DNA from: Thermodesulfobacteriota bacterium
GTDB taxonomy: Bacteria > Desulfobacterota_D > UBA1144 > Nemesobacterales > Mycalebacteriaceae
Assembly (NCBI GenBank): GCA_965198945.1
Contig: CBDAQI010000010.1
Span: forward strand, 33,533 to 97,532
Reading direction: 5' to 3'
DNA: 64,000 nucleotides
Part shown: positions 30,153 to 42,075 of the stretch, piece by piece
How positions within the stretch are numbered: position 1 is the first letter of the stretch
Layout: each line of letters opens with the position of its first letter
Program-made: the position numbers and the translations under genes
Notes under the pieces: model-generated
Database searches by the model: none
Seen by the model: only the letters and a program-made list of their open reading frames with translations
What the model was told of the DNA's origin: nothing

Positions 30153-31121
30153 ATGGGCACGAGCCTGAAAGAAAACAGAAATTCGTGGTTTGCAAGAATA
30201 ATTGTGATAGTTCTTGCGATCGCGTTCATTGTGGGTCTGGGATATACGGGCGGCTTTCAGGGAGTGTCGGGCGGAGTCGCCGCTGAGGTAAACGGCGAGC
30301 CCATTCCAATTCAATATTATCATCTCGTAAGAGGGCGGATTTTCAACGAACAGACCAAAAATCTGGACAAAATTCCCTTAGAGCTCAGGGAAGCCATAGA
30401 CAGGGTTTCTCTCGCGTTTCTTATTGACAGAAAACTGCTTGCTCAAGGAGCCCGCTCCCTCGGCTTCAGAGCCCTGCCCGAAAATGTCGCCTCGGCAGTG
30501 AAGGCTAACCCGTCCTTTTCCCCGGACGGGGTTTTTGCGGGCCCGGAGTATTACAAATATGTTGTTACACAACAGCTCGGCATGACCGTTTCAAGTTTTG
30601 AGGAGACTATCAGGGACGAAGAACTTGTTATGAAGATGGCCGCCCTTGCAAGCGTATCGTCGGCATGGTCGCCGCTGGAATTGGAAATCCTTTTCAGTTT
30701 TGCCGGCGAGAAGGTAAAAGCTGATTACATCTCTTTTGACAGCCGCTCTGAGGCGCGGAAAGCTCTCAAAAAACTTCAATCGTCGGGAGACCTCTCCGCC
30801 GTTGCTTCAGAGTTCGGAAAAGAAACCGTAACAACACCTTTTTTCACACGTTTTGAAGTTCCGGACAACCTTGATGTAAGTCTGTTCGCGCTAACCCCTT
30901 CAAGCCCCGTTGCGGAAATGGTTTTTTCTTCGGACGGTGTTCACACAGTCGCCGTTCTTTCTGAAAGACAGGCGGAAAAGCCGCAAACCGTTCAAGATAA
31001 AGTCCGCATAGCCACTGAGTATATGCAAGGACGCGGCGCGGACAGGGATGTTATGAACGACTGGATGATGATTCTTTACTCAAAGGCAGATATCAAAGAA
31101 AACAGAGAACTTCTCAGATGA
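30153..31121 (+). CDS. SurA N-terminal domain / PpiD-like periplasmic chaperone
   Basis: N-terminal TM, AAEVNGEPI, LIDRKLLAQ.A..LG, F..DGVF. Confidence 0.8.
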   Translation: MGTSLKENRNSWFARIIVIVLAIAFIVGLGYTGGFQGVSGGVAAEVNGEPIPIQYYHLVRGRIFNEQTKNLDKIPLELREAIDRVSLAFLIDRKLLAQGARSLGFRALPENVASAVKANPSFSPDGVFAGPEYYKYVVTQQLGMTVSSFEETIRDEELVMKMAALASVSSAWSPLELEILFSFAGEKVKADYISFDSRSEARKALKKLQSSGDLSAVASEFGKETVTTPFFTRFEVPDNLDVSLFALTPSSPVAEMVFSSDGVHTVAVLSERQAEKPQTVQDKVRIATEYMQGRGADRDVMNDWMMILYSKADIKENRELLR

Positions 31122-31149
31122 CCGGAGCGGCTTCAAAGGGGAAAAGGCT

Positions 31150-34100
31150 TTGAGAATATCTTCGCTTGAGATTTCAGGCTTCAAATCGTTTCACAGAAAG
31201 ACCAGGATGGAGTTCCACGGGGGCTCAAACGGTATTGTGGGCCCCAACGGCTGCGGCAAGTCCAATGTTGTGGACGCCGTGCGCTGGGTTATCGGGGAGC
31301 AGAATCCGAGAATGCTTCGCGCGGAAACTTCGGAGGACTTAATCTCTGACGGAACGGTTTCTCTCAAACCGGTCGGCATGGCCGAAGTTACCATGGTTCT
31401 GTCGGGTGTGCCGGGGCGCGGTTTTGATGATGTTTCCATAACGCGCAGGGTTTACCGTGACGGCGGCAGCGAATACTCAATAAACGGGGTTTCATGCAGG
31501 CTTAAAGACATTGCCGAGATATTCATGGACACGGGTGCGGGAGCCCGTTCTAATTCAATAATCGGGCAGGGAGAGGTTGAAGGCTTCATAATGGCCAAGC
31601 CCGAGGAAAAACGCAGACTGATAGAGGAAGTTGCGGGAATTGTGAAATACAGAGCCCGGCGGAAGGAGACACGGAGCCGCCTCAGACAGACCGAGGAAAA
31701 TCTTGAAAAAGTAAAGAGCCTGAGCAAGGAAGCTCACAAGCATAAAGAGAACCTCAAGCGGCAGGCGGAACAGGCGCAAAAACTGAACGAGCTTTCAGAG
31801 CGGGCCTCACGTCTTGAATTGCTTATGCTCGGAGCCCAGAAAGAACAAAGCTCCGTAAAACTGGAAGAGGTGCGGGCGCGCAAGTCGGAGATTGAGAATT
31901 CGGCACGGGATATTGAATTGGAAAAAAGCTCCCTGGCGGCCGGTCTCAGAAGTCTTGAACGGGAAGCTCAGGGTCTTGAATCGGCGGCGGCTTCGGCGGA
32001 CTCTGAAATACTTGCCGCAAGGGAAAAGATAAGCGGCGCGGTTTCTTCAAAAGATTTGTTTGCGGGCAGAAAGACCGATATTGAAGGGCTTCTGGACATG
32101 TTTGAAAGTGAAAAGCTTTCGCTTGAGCGGCAGACGCGCGAAATCAAAGAGAAAATTTCAAATATCCGTTCCGAAGATGAAAGTGCGGGCGTCAATATTT
32201 CCGAACTCCGCGCCGAGCTTGACGGCGTTGAGTCTGAGCTTGAGTCTGTCAGAGAAGTAACGCGGGTTGACAAAGACGGCATTGAGGAAGTCAGAAACAG
32301 TTTTTTCAGCACGGTTGAGCAGTGCGACTCAACCGAGGCTTCCTACAGGGAGCTTACGGCGGAGATTGAAAGACTGTCTGCGAGAAGCGGCTATCTGTCG
32401 GAGCATAAAGACAGCCTGCTTGAGGAAAAAAATAGTTTGTCGTCCCAGAGGGAAAATTTTCTCTCTCAGATAAAGAGCATAAGAGGCGCCCAGGAAAATT
32501 CCGAAAAAGAGAGAAAGGATTTGGGAAGCGGTCTCGGTTCTTTCAGCGATGAGCATAAAAAACTGCTTGATAAAATCAGTCTGCTGAAAGACCGGCGGAG
32601 CCGGAGCGCTTCGCGTCTTGAGGAGCTTGTCAATATCCGGGAATCGTTTGAATGGCTTCCCGAATCCTCAAGAAGCCTTCTTTTTGAAGGCGGGGCGGGC
32701 GGCGTCCTCGGCGTTTTGTCGGACTACGCGAGCGTTCCGCCCCGGTATGCCAAAGCTTTTGAAGCCGCACTCGGAGAAAGGGTCGGCTGGATTCTGGTAG
32801 GCACGGGCGGTGACGCATCGGACGCAATCGGCAGGCTGCGCGGGAGCTCGGCGGGAAGGGCGACCTTCATGCCGCTTGATTCGGTGAGTGCGCAAAAAGC
32901 TTTTTCCGCCCCGGACGGAGCGCGTCCGATTTCAGATGTTGTACGTCTGAAAGGCAGAGGCGCCGAAGTTTTGCGGAAAATTCTTGAGGGAATTTACGTT
33001 GTTGACACCCTTGAAGATGCTTTTGAATGTGCCTCCTCCTGCCCGGAGCTTTCCTTTGCGACCCTTGAAGGCGATTTTCTTGACAGTTCGGGAGCCGTTT
33101 CCGGCGGGGGAACAACCGGAGGGGTTTTTGAAAGACAGTCCGAGATAGAGATGCTTACGGCTGAGGTCGCGGAACTTGACGAAAAAATAAAATCTTCACT
33201 TGAAAAGTCAGGCAATTTTGAGGTTCGCATAGAGGAGTTCAGGTCAAAGATAAGCGCTTTGGACGAGCTTATACAAACGGACAGAGTAAAACTTGATTCC
33301 CTTGAGAGAGATCTTGAAAGTTTCAATTTCTCAATTGAGGGCAAAGAATCAAAACTTGCCGAACTGGAAGCGGAAATCACACGGGAGTCTCATAGTTTTC
33401 AGGAGAAAACCGCGCGGCTCAACGAGTGCCGGGAAAAACTTGAGGCATTGCGTGAACGGAGAGAAAATCTTAAAAACAGCCTTGCCGGGCTTGAAGAGAA
33501 AAACTCCGAGGTTGATTCGCGTGAAAGTGCGCTTGCGGGCAGGCTCGGTTCTCTGAAAATAGAAATTGCCTCTCTTGAGCGTGGCAGGGAAAACTCGTCG
33601 CACGCTATAGAGGGTCTTGTTGTCAGGGAGAACGAAATCTCCGCGCGCGTTGAGGAAATCTCCGCAGAGACTGCTGAAAAAATTGAAGAAAAAAGTGAGT
33701 TGGAAAACTCATATCAGGAAACTCGGCAGAGCATAGATGCCCTTGAGGCAGATTTGGAGAAAAGACGGGAAGGTGTGGAAAAAATAAGAGAGGGGCGTAC
33801 GGCCGTTCTATTGAAAATCCGTGATCTGCGCGAGCAGATTGAAGGACTGGACGAACGGATTGAGGAGACGAGGTCGAAGCGCGGGGAATTTGAGATAAGT
33901 CTCGGAACGATTGAGAACAACATGGAATATGTGTCTGAGAAAATAAACGAGGTTCTTGAGAAAAGCGGTGCGGAGATGCCTCCGGCGGAGGAAATCAGTA
34001 TTGTTAATATTGAGGATACAAAGGCGGCTTTTACGGATTTAAGGGCGAAGATTGACAGGTTTGGTCTTGTAAACCTTTTTGCGCCCGAGGAATACGAGAG

Positions 34101-34662
34101 GGAGGAGAAGGAGCACGATTTTCTGGAGACTCAGATAGAAGATCTTGAAAAATCCGCCGCGTCTTTGAAAAAATCCATTTCCCGGCTTGACGGTGAGAGC
34201 GCCGAGAAATTCACCGAGGCTTTTGAGGAGGTGGATTTGAAATTCCGCGAATTGCTTCCCACTCTTTTCAAGGGCGGTGAAGGACGGCTTGTTATGACAA
34301 ATCCCGATGATCCGGTTGAGACGGGCATAGATATTTTTGTAAAGCCCGGCGGCAAGAAATCTCAAAACATGAGTTTGCTCTCAGGCGGCGAGAAGGCGCT
34401 TTCTGCGATTGCTTTCATAATTTCCGCCTGTCTTGTGCGCCCGCTTCCGTTCATAATTCTTGACGAGATAGACGCCCCGCTTGACGATTCAAACACGGGA
34501 AGGTTTGCTTCGCTTATCAAAGAGATTTCCCGCAATTCCCAGACGCTTGTCGTTACGCATAACAAAACCACCATATCCGGGATGGATGCATTGATAGGGA
34601 TAACCGCGAGTAAAGCCGCAAATTCGGCGGTTGTATCGGTTGATTTGGCGAAAGCGGTTTGA
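31150..34662 (+). CDS. smc: Chromosome segregation protein SMC
   Basis: GFKSF, VGPNGCGKSN, hinge GRATFMPL, LSGGEK, LDEIDAPLD. Confidence 0.97.
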   Translation: MRISSLEISGFKSFHRKTRMEFHGGSNGIVGPNGCGKSNVVDAVRWVIGEQNPRMLRAETSEDLISDGTVSLKPVGMAEVTMVLSGVPGRGFDDVSITRRVYRDGGSEYSINGVSCRLKDIAEIFMDTGAGARSNSIIGQGEVEGFIMAKPEEKRRLIEEVAGIVKYRARRKETRSRLRQTEENLEKVKSLSKEAHKHKENLKRQAEQAQKLNELSERASRLELLMLGAQKEQSSVKLEEVRARKSEIENSARDIELEKSSLAAGLRSLEREAQGLESAAASADSEILAAREKISGAVSSKDLFAGRKTDIEGLLDMFESEKLSLERQTREIKEKISNIRSEDESAGVNISELRAELDGVESELESVREVTRVDKDGIEEVRNSFFSTVEQCDSTEASYRELTAEIERLSARSGYLSEHKDSLLEEKNSLSSQRENFLSQIKSIRGAQENSEKERKDLGSGLGSFSDEHKKLLDKISLLKDRRSRSASRLEELVNIRESFEWLPESSRSLLFEGGAGGVLGVLSDYASVPPRYAKAFEAALGERVGWILVGTGGDASDAIGRLRGSSAGRATFMPLDSVSAQKAFSAPDGARPISDVVRLKGRGAEVLRKILEGIYVVDTLEDAFECASSCPELSFATLEGDFLDSSGAVSGGGTTGGVFERQSEIEMLTAEVAELDEKIKSSLEKSGNFEVRIEEFRSKISALDELIQTDRVKLDSLERDLESFNFSIEGKESKLAELEAEITRESHSFQEKTARLNECREKLEALRERRENLKNSLAGLEEKNSEVDSRESALAGRLGSLKIEIASLERGRENSSHAIEGLVVRENEISARVEEISAETAEKIEEKSELENSYQETRQSIDALEADLEKRREGVEKIREGRTAVLLKIRDLREQIEGLDERIEETRSKRGEFEISLGTIENNMEYVSEKINEVLEKSGAEMPPAEEISIVNIEDTKAAFTDLRAKIDRFGLVNLFAPEEYEREEKEHDFLETQIEDLEKSAASLKKSISRLDGESAEKFTEAFEEVDLKFRELLPTLFKGGEGRLVMTNPDDPVETGIDIFVKPGGKKSQNMSLLSGGEKALSAIAFIISACLVRPLPFIILDEIDAPLDDSNTGRFASLIKEISRNSQTLVVTHNKTTISGMDALIGITASKAANSAVVSVDLAKAV

Positions 34663-34783
34663 GGGATAATAGATTCCTAGTTTTGCTGTTAGGTTTAGCT
34701 TTCAATAGAATCAGTGGCGTTGAGGTGTTGTTATTCAGCATCCATTTGTTACTTCTTTTCAATCTATTTATATTCCAAGCCGA

Positions 34784-35760
34784 ATGAAGACGATAAAAAT
34801 ATTTAAAAGACTTCAAAGGTTTGTAGACAAGACTTTCAAAACCACATTAGAAGTTTTTCTTGAGGCTTTAAAGCTTAGTCCAAACGCTCAAGGATATGTA
34901 AGTGGTTCTATAACAGAATTGCTTCTAAAAAATGAGTTGGAATCTCTAGGTTTTCAAGTAAAGAGAATTAGAGAAAAGTGGGAGGGTACAAAACACCCGA
35001 ACCATCATGGAGATTTTATTTCAGAGAGGATGGCCAGAGTCCTTGGTATGTACTTGAGTCCAAGGGTGTCAAGTCCAATGCGGAACGATGGCACAAACTG
35101 TACAATCTCAAAAAATTGAAAAAGGTCTTTTACGACCATCACGAAGTTATTCACTGGATTGATCCTAATCAGCAGATTGAACCCCAAATTGAAAGGTGGA
35201 TTGAAGAGAATCTTCCGGAAATGGTTAGTGGCAAATATTCATGCGACCTGTACTCATACGACGAGATTCGTGATTATTTAAGTAATCCTCCTGCAAGAGA
35301 AACAGACAAACTTAGAGCCATGAGGAGGCTTGAAATCTATAGCCGTGATGAAGTTGGCAATATGTTTCAGGAAAGACTCCAATATCTCATGAGCAAGGTT
35401 ATGTTACTTGATACGCACTTCGTGTCAGGAAAATCGGGAGCAAATGCCAGGACACAAGCTACCCCACTCAAAAATGAATTCAATCTGGTTTCGGTTGACA
35501 TAGTTCTGCGATACAGTGAGCATAAATTTCTTTTTGTTAATCCAAAACATTTGGAATCTTCTGGAAAAGACACTAATCACCTTCAGCAGAATTATGTGAT
35601 GGGTTTTGTTTTTCCTCAGAATGATGGGTCAATGAAAATTGACCTTGCGGATGAATGGCAGGAAGATTTTGGACGTGCCTATAAAACTCTCAGTGCGAAA
35701 GACTCGGTCATTGAAAATGACATGCAGATAGACAACAGGATGGTGATACTTGAAGACTAA
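34784..35760 (+). pseudogene. Putative PD-(D/E)xK restriction endonuclease, one -1 frameshift at the T4 run (35014-35017)
   Basis: Adding one T gives ...KHPNHHGDFYFREDGQSPWYVLESKG; E..D..ExK catalytic pattern; overlaps the methylase. Confidence 0.68.
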
Positions 35761-37784
35761 ATTCGCAAATGAAAGGGTGGAAGTTTCACCCTTCCAATCA
35801 GAATTATTCAAGGATGATAATCTGCTGAGGCGGTTTGAAAAAATACATGACTATATCTATGCCAATGATGGGTTATCTTCCCAACAAACTCTTGAGGCAA
35901 TAGTAAAAATTCTTTTTGTTAAAATTTATGATGAAAAAAACAGCCATACAAAATTTAATATTTCATCGGGAGAAATAAAAGCGCTTGAGCAGTCCTGTTC
36001 ATCTTTGAGTTTACAAAGACGATTTTCTTCTTTACTTGAGAAAACAAAAAAAGAGTTTGGAGAAGTTTTTGATGTGGATGACAAAATAAAGCTCTCTGAC
36101 CTTTCTCTAGGTTTCACTGTCTCTAATCTCCAGTCCGTTTCTCTATCTGGTTCTTCTTTAGATGCTAAAGGATTGGCATTTCAGAAATTTCTCTCTCACC
36201 AAGAAAAAGATGGCAGGGGTCAATTTTTTACTCCAGAACCTGTTGTTGACTTTTGTGTCAATATTATTCAGCCTAATTCTTCTGAGTTAATATCCGACCC
36301 TGCTTGCGGAAGTGGTGGCTTTTTAATTTCTTCATTGAAATATATTGCAGCAAACTGCAAAAATGTGAATTTGAAAAATATAATCTCTGAAAATCTGTTC
36401 GGATTTGATGTCAATAAGAGCATTGCGCGGATTGCTAAAATGAAAATGTTGCTTGAATCCAACACCAGAGTTAATATCGCGTGTGTTAATTCACTTAGTT
36501 CGTTTGATGAAAAAATTGCAAGTCTATGTTTTTCAAATGGAAATTCTTTTGATGGCTTTGATGTCATACTGACCAATCCTCCTTTTGGAGGAAAAATAAC
36601 AAACAAGGATGTCCTTGTTCAGTATGGCCTTGGACACAAGTGGTTAGGTTCAGACAGTGATTATTACAAAATTAAAGAAATAAGAAATTCGCAATCTACA
36701 GAGGCTCTTTTCATAGAAAAATGTCTGCGACTACTGAAAAAGGGCGGACGAATGGCAATTGTATTGCCCAATGGATATTTTGAAAACCCTTCATTGCAGT
36801 ATTTACGTTCTTACATTAAAAAAAAGGCTAATATTCTGGCTATTATAAAACTGCCTCAGGGAACTTTTATTACATATGGAACAGGGGTTAAGACATCTCT
36901 TTTATTCTTGCAAAAAAAGATTATGAATCAAATAAAAAACTATCCGTTTTTTTTAGCAAGATAAGTAAACTCGGCTATCAGGCCAATAAAAATGGAACGC
37001 CCTTATATAAAAAAGACAAATTCGGTTCGGATCTCACAAATAAAAATGGGTATCCTTTATTGGACGAAGACTTATCTCTTGTAGTTGAGGATTACAGTTT
37101 TTTCAAAAGCGGAATCGTATTAAAACCAATTGTTCTTTTTCTGTCAATATTGAAAATCTGAATGGGCGATTTGATTATGATTTTTACTCTCCTGAAACCC
37201 GCAATGTGATAAAGTTTTTGGAAAAGAACAAAAGCGTTAAGTTTGGGGATGTAGCTGAAATAGTAAAGTTGGGGAGCAAAAAATTGAATGGTTCCGAAGG
37301 GAATGTTAAATATGTTGAATTGTCGGATGTAGACACAAATTTATTTGCGATTGTCAACTCAACATTTTACAAGAAGCACGAACTGCCAAGCAGGGCCTCA
37401 TATGAATTAAAAAAAGACAATATAATTACCGCAGTTGCGGGCAATTCTGTCGGTACAAGAAAGCATGCGACGGCTTTGATAACGGAAGAACATGAAGGTT
37501 GTATTTGCACAAATGGCTTCAGGGTATTGGGCGACTTCAGAATAGACTTATATTACTTGCTTTATTTTATGAAAAGCGAAATGTTTCTCAAGCAGATGCA
37601 CATCTACAGAACTGGTGCTGCTATTCCCAATGTTTCCGATAGCGATTTGTCAAATGTTCTTGTAGCTTTGCCGGAAGACGGTATCATTGAGCAGATCAGT
37701 CAAAAGGTCCGCAAATCTCTTGAATTAGGAAAAGAATCAAAAAGAGTATTTGAAAGTATTGAGTTCCAATTCGAAAGTTTGTAA
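35750..37784 (+). pseudogene. N6-adenine/N4-cytosine DNA methylase fused to a specificity (TRD) domain, two -1 frameshifts
   Basis: DPACGSGGFL, TNPPF, GQFFTP; continues after A7 (36912-36918) and A4 (37122-37125) into the TRD-like ORF RTGAAIPNV. Confidence 0.85.
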
Positions 37785-38070
37785 ATATTTTTGAAAACCT
37801 GAATTTTACTTAAAAATTTTTGGAAACAATAAGATATTGCTCTAAAGTCATTTTTTGATTATTTAGTTTTTTCAAACAAGATGTCTAACCTTATTGCTTT
37901 TCTTGGTTGTTTGAAAATTAAATGTCTATTAGAAAGTTTATATTAATGCGTATTGGTTTTATCAATTATAATAATGAACTAATATCTAAAAATGCTCTGC
38001 AAGGCACTTAAAAAGATATTATAAGCCCAAAATGATGGTCGTATCATCAGTCTTTGTCCCGTTACAGGAT

Positions 38071-39070
38071 TTAGCAATTTCCGCCTTTAATCCTCCCGCT
38101 CTCCGTCAACCTGTATTTCTGTGTCGGGCTCCTCGGCGAATCCGGTTGTGTCATCTCAATCAACCCTTTCTCCAATGCGGGTTTCAAATATCTGTCGCTG
38201 AAAGAACGGCGATGTTTTAATCCCAGTTTTTTCATTATCTCGCCCGCCCTGAGCGGCTTTGTTTTGAGTGTTTTCAAAAGCATTTTTACTTGGTCGGTTA
38301 CTTGGTCGCTCGCGGCTTCTGAAACGGCGCTTTCAATCATCTTTAGCGCAAACTCAATAAACTCAGTTGAGCTGCCCGCTTTGTTGCAGTTGTTTAGCGC
38401 TTTGTAATAGTCGGCGCGATGGTTGCGAACCATGCTCTCAAGCGGCAGAAAATTGAAAAGAGAGTTCCATTTTCCCAGAATGAGAGTTTGCCAAAGGCGT
38501 CCCATTCTGCCATTGCCGTCTTGAAACGGATGAATCGCTTCAAACTCATAGTGAAAAACTGAACTGGCAATCAGAGGGTGTTCGTCCGTCCGTTCAAGCC
38601 ATCCCAGCAGTCTTGTCATCAAAACGGGAATCCGCTTTGCTTGCGGGGCTATATGAATAATGCCGCCGGCACCGCCCACTCCCACAACGCCGGAACGGAA
38701 ACATCCAAGTTCTTCCACAAGTCCAAGCATCAAAACTTTGTGCGCGGCAAGCAGGTTTTTTTGAGAGTGCGGGGTCAATTCCGGTATTTTTTCATACGCC
38801 GCAAAAGCGTTTCGCACCTCCCGTATTTCCTGCGGAGGAGCCAGCACGGTTCTGCCTTCAAGGACGGCGGCTACCTGCCCCACGGTCAGAGTGTTTCCCT
38901 CTATTTCCAAACTTCCCTGTATCGTTTTGATACGGTTAATCCTGTTAAGACGGAGCTTTCCCGAACCGGTTTTGCGGGCTTTAGAGATTTCCCAGAAATT
39001 CACCGATTTTTTCCACCAGCCCACCAGCCGACGAAGTTATTTCATAAGGCGGATACGTTTCCCTCTCCAT
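38071..39070 (-). pseudogene. Fic-domain protein with C-terminal HTH; +1 frameshift near 38981
   Basis: HPFQDGNGRMGR; upstream frame from ATG 39070 reads MERETYPPYEITS..LVEKIGEFLGNL, the usual N-terminus, and stops at 38981-38983. Confidence 0.82.
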
Positions 39071-39195
39071 AAACTTAATTCTACTTGGTCGCTTACTTGT
39101 TCGCCACTTGGTCGCTTGCCTTCCATTTTTTCTTGCCTTAGTCCGCCGGAAGCCAGACTAACCCACTCCCGCCGATGTGATAAACTACCCCCGAA

Positions 39196-41937
39196 ATGCT
39201 CGGCAAAGTATTCAAAAAAATAGTCGGAACCAGCAATGACAGACGAGTTCGGAAAATGTATTCCGTTGTGGAAAAGGTGAACGCGCTTGAGGCTGATGTT
39301 TCGGTTCTTTCAAACTCTCAGATTGCGGAAAAAACCTCCGAACTTCGCGCCCGTGTTTCGGGTTCCGCTTCAAAAGGCGATTTGAGCGCGGCGTTTGACG
39401 AAACGCTTCCCGAAGCGTTTGCGCTTGTGCGCGAGGCGTCAAAACGGGCGGTGGGTATGAGGCACTTTGATGTGCAGATTATCGGGGCGCTTGTTCTTCA
39501 CAGAGGCGAGGTGGCTGAGATGAAAACGGGTGAGGGAAAAACCCTTGTCGCCGTTCCGGCTTTGTATCTGAACGCGCTTGCGGAAAAAGGCGCGCATCTG
39601 GTGACCGTTAATGACTACCTCGCGGGCAGAGACGCGCTTTGGATGGGAGCGGCTTATAAACTGCTCGGCCTGCAGGTGGGCGTTATAAACTCAGGGCGGT
39701 CATACCGCGTTGAGTGGGAAAACCCTGAAAGCGCACAGACTGCGGTTCGTGAAAATATGTCCGTATGGATGGGAGGGGCAGACCCGGAACAGCCCGAAGG
39801 AAAAAATCACGAAGCGGTTTCGGCTTTTAAGACCAAACTTGCCGAATGCTCAAAAAGCGAAGCATATGCCTGCGATATTACCTACGGCACAAATAACGAG
39901 TTTGGTTTTGACTACCTGCGCGACAATATGGGTTTCTCGCTTGAAGACTATGTTCAGCGCGGACATTTCTTTGCGATAGTGGATGAGGTTGACAGCATAC
40001 TGATAGACGAGGCGCGCACACCGCTGATTATTTCGGGGCCTTCGGGCGGTTCAACTGATATCTATTACAAAATAGACCATTTGGTGGAAAAGCTTTCAAA
40101 AGAGGAAGACTTTTCAGTTGATGAGAAAAATCGCCGCGCGGAACTTTTTGAATCGGGAATTTCAAAGGTGGAGTCCGCGCTTGGAATTGCAAACCTTTAT
40201 GACCCCTCAAACCTTGAGACGCTTCACTGTGTAAATCAGGCCCTGCGGGCGCGACATCTGTTTCACAGGGATGTGGACTATATGGTCAGAGACGGCAAGG
40301 TTGTGATTGTTGACGAATTCACCGGGCGTCTCATGGAGGGGCGGCGGTGGAGCGACGGTCTTCATCAGGCGGTGGAGGCGAAAGAGAAAGCGGATATAGA
40401 GCAGGAAAACCAGACCCTTGCCACGATAACGCTTCAAAACTATTTCAGAATGTATGAAAAACTTTCGGGAATGACCGGAACGGCAGACACCGAAGCATTT
40501 GAATTTCAGAAAATATACGAGCTTGAAGTTACCATTGTGCCCACTCACAGGGATATGGTGAGAAATGATTTTGACGATGTGATTTACCGCACCGAGAAAG
40601 AGAAAAACTCCGCCATCTGTGACGAGATAAAAGAATTGAACAAACTCGGCAGACCCGTTCTTGTGGGCACAACTTCAATAGAGCAGTCGGAGAAAATATC
40701 CGCCGTTCTTAAAAAAGAGGGCATCGGGCATCAGGTTTTGAACGCTAAAAATCATGCCAGAGAAGCGGAAATAGTGGCTCAGGCCGGCAAAGAGGGGGCG
40801 GTTACCATTGCGACCAACATGGCGGGCAGGGGAACCGACATAGTTCTTGGCGGAAACCCGGAATTTGTTCCCGAAGGTGAGAAAAAGTCGTTTGCGCAAT
40901 CGCAGGCGGATTCCGAAGCCGGAAGGAAAAAGGTTCTGGAACTTGGCGGGCTTCATATAATCGGTTCCGAAAGGCACGAATCCCGACGCATAGACAACCA
41001 GCTGCGCGGTCGCTCGGGGCGTCAGGGAGATCCGGGCTCGTCCCGTTTTTACATATCTTTTGAAGACCCGCTTATGAGAATTTTTGCGTCCGAAAGGGTC
41101 GCTTCAATCATGGACATGGTGGGCTGGGAAGAGGGTGTTCCTATGGAGCACGGGATGATGACAAAGGTCATAGAGTCTGCCCAGAAAAAGGTGGAAAGCC
41201 GTAACTTTGATATAAGAAAACACCTTCTTGACTATGACGATGTGCTGAACACTCAGAGAGAGGTGGTTTACAAACTGCGCCGCGGGATACTTGAGGGCGG
41301 TGGCGCTCTCAAACAGAATTTTCTTGAGATAGTGAAGAAACTTTCCGAAGACCTTTCAGAGGAAATATCCGCCGCCTCCGGTGAAGACGCTCAAGCTGTT
41401 ACAAAAGAGGCGCGGAGCATCTTCAATCTCGGTGACAGAAAAATTGACGATCGCGCCCTCGGCAAAGCGGTGACGGACAGATACGCGGAAAAAGAGTCGG
41501 AAATCGGTGATGACGAAATCGTTTTTGACATTCAGAGGTTCATAATGCTTCAGACCCTTGACGGTTTATGGAAAGACCATCTGCTTGCGATGGACCATCT
41601 GAGGGAGGGAATAGGTTTGCGCGGCTACGCTCAGAAAAACCCGCTTTACGAATACAAAAACGAGGGTTTTGAGATGTTTTCAGATCTGATTGCGACATAT
41701 GAAGAGGAGGTTTGTTCCAAATTTTTCAGTGTTCAGCTGGCGCGCAACGAGGATATACCGTCTTTGGAGCGGGAGCCCGAAACGCAGGATGTGTTTTTGT
41801 CATCCGGCGGCGAACCGGCCGAAGCCCCCGCTCCGCAGGTTGCGGCTCCCGTGCGCAGGGCGGGCGAAAAAGTCGGCAGAAACGACCCGTGCCCGTGCGG
41901 GAGTGGGAAAAAGTTTAAGAAATGTTGCGGGAAGTGA
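39196..41937 (+). CDS. secA: Preprotein translocase subunit SecA
   Basis: [28 protein letters not shown] motif [13 protein letters not shown]. Confidence 0.99.
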   Translation: MLGKVFKKIVGTSNDRRVRKMYSVVEKVNALEADVSVLSNSQIAEKTSELRARVSGSASKGDLSAAFDETLPEAFALVREASKRAVGMRHFDVQIIGALVLHRGEVAEMKTGEGKTLVAVPALYLNALAEKGAHLVTVNDYLAGRDALWMGAAYKLLGLQVGVINSGRSYRVEWENPESAQTAVRENMSVWMGGADPEQPEGKNHEAVSAFKTKLAECSKSEAYACDITYGTNNEFGFDYLRDNMGFSLEDYVQRGHFFAIVDEVDSILIDEARTPLIISGPSGGSTDIYYKIDHLVEKLSKEEDFSVDEKNRRAELFESGISKVESALGIANLYDPSNLETLHCVNQALRARHLFHRDVDYMVRDGKVVIVDEFTGRLMEGRRWSDGLHQAVEAKEKADIEQENQTLATITLQNYFRMYEKLSGMTGTADTEAFEFQKIYELEVTIVPTHRDMVRNDFDDVIYRTEKEKNSAICDEIKELNKLGRPVLVGTTSIEQSEKISAVLKKEGIGHQVLNAKNHAREAEIVAQAGKEGAVTIATNMAGRGTDIVLGGNPEFVPEGEKKSFAQSQADSEAGRKKVLELGGLHIIGSERHESRRIDNQLRGRSGRQGDPGSSRFYISFEDPLMRIFASERVASIMDMVGWEEGVPMEHGMMTKVIESAQKKVESRNFDIRKHLLDYDDVLNTQREVVYKLRRGILEGGGALKQNFLEIVKKLSEDLSEEISAASGEDAQAVTKEARSIFNLGDRKIDDRALGKAVTDRYAEKESEIGDDEIVFDIQRFIMLQTLDGLWKDHLLAMDHLREGIGLRGYAQKNPLYEYKNEGFEMFSDLIATYEEEVCSKFFSVQLARNEDIPSLEREPETQDVFLSSGGEPAEAPAPQVAAPVRRAGEKVGRNDPCPCGSGKKFKKCCGK

Positions 41938-42075
41938 GCGGGGAACCACTTCAGTAAATTAATAGTTAATAAGCTATCTGTATAAATTAAGTTAGTTGAC
42001 TAAATTTGTATGACTTTATAAAACTGGTTTTTCTTGCATAGCCCACATGAATCACGGTTACAACTTAAGCCCCTG

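Noticed and set aside
34664-34783. Possible transposase C-terminal remnant (AWNINRLKR) at the left edge of the R-M island
   Set aside because: Too short to support; no inverted repeat or further motif.
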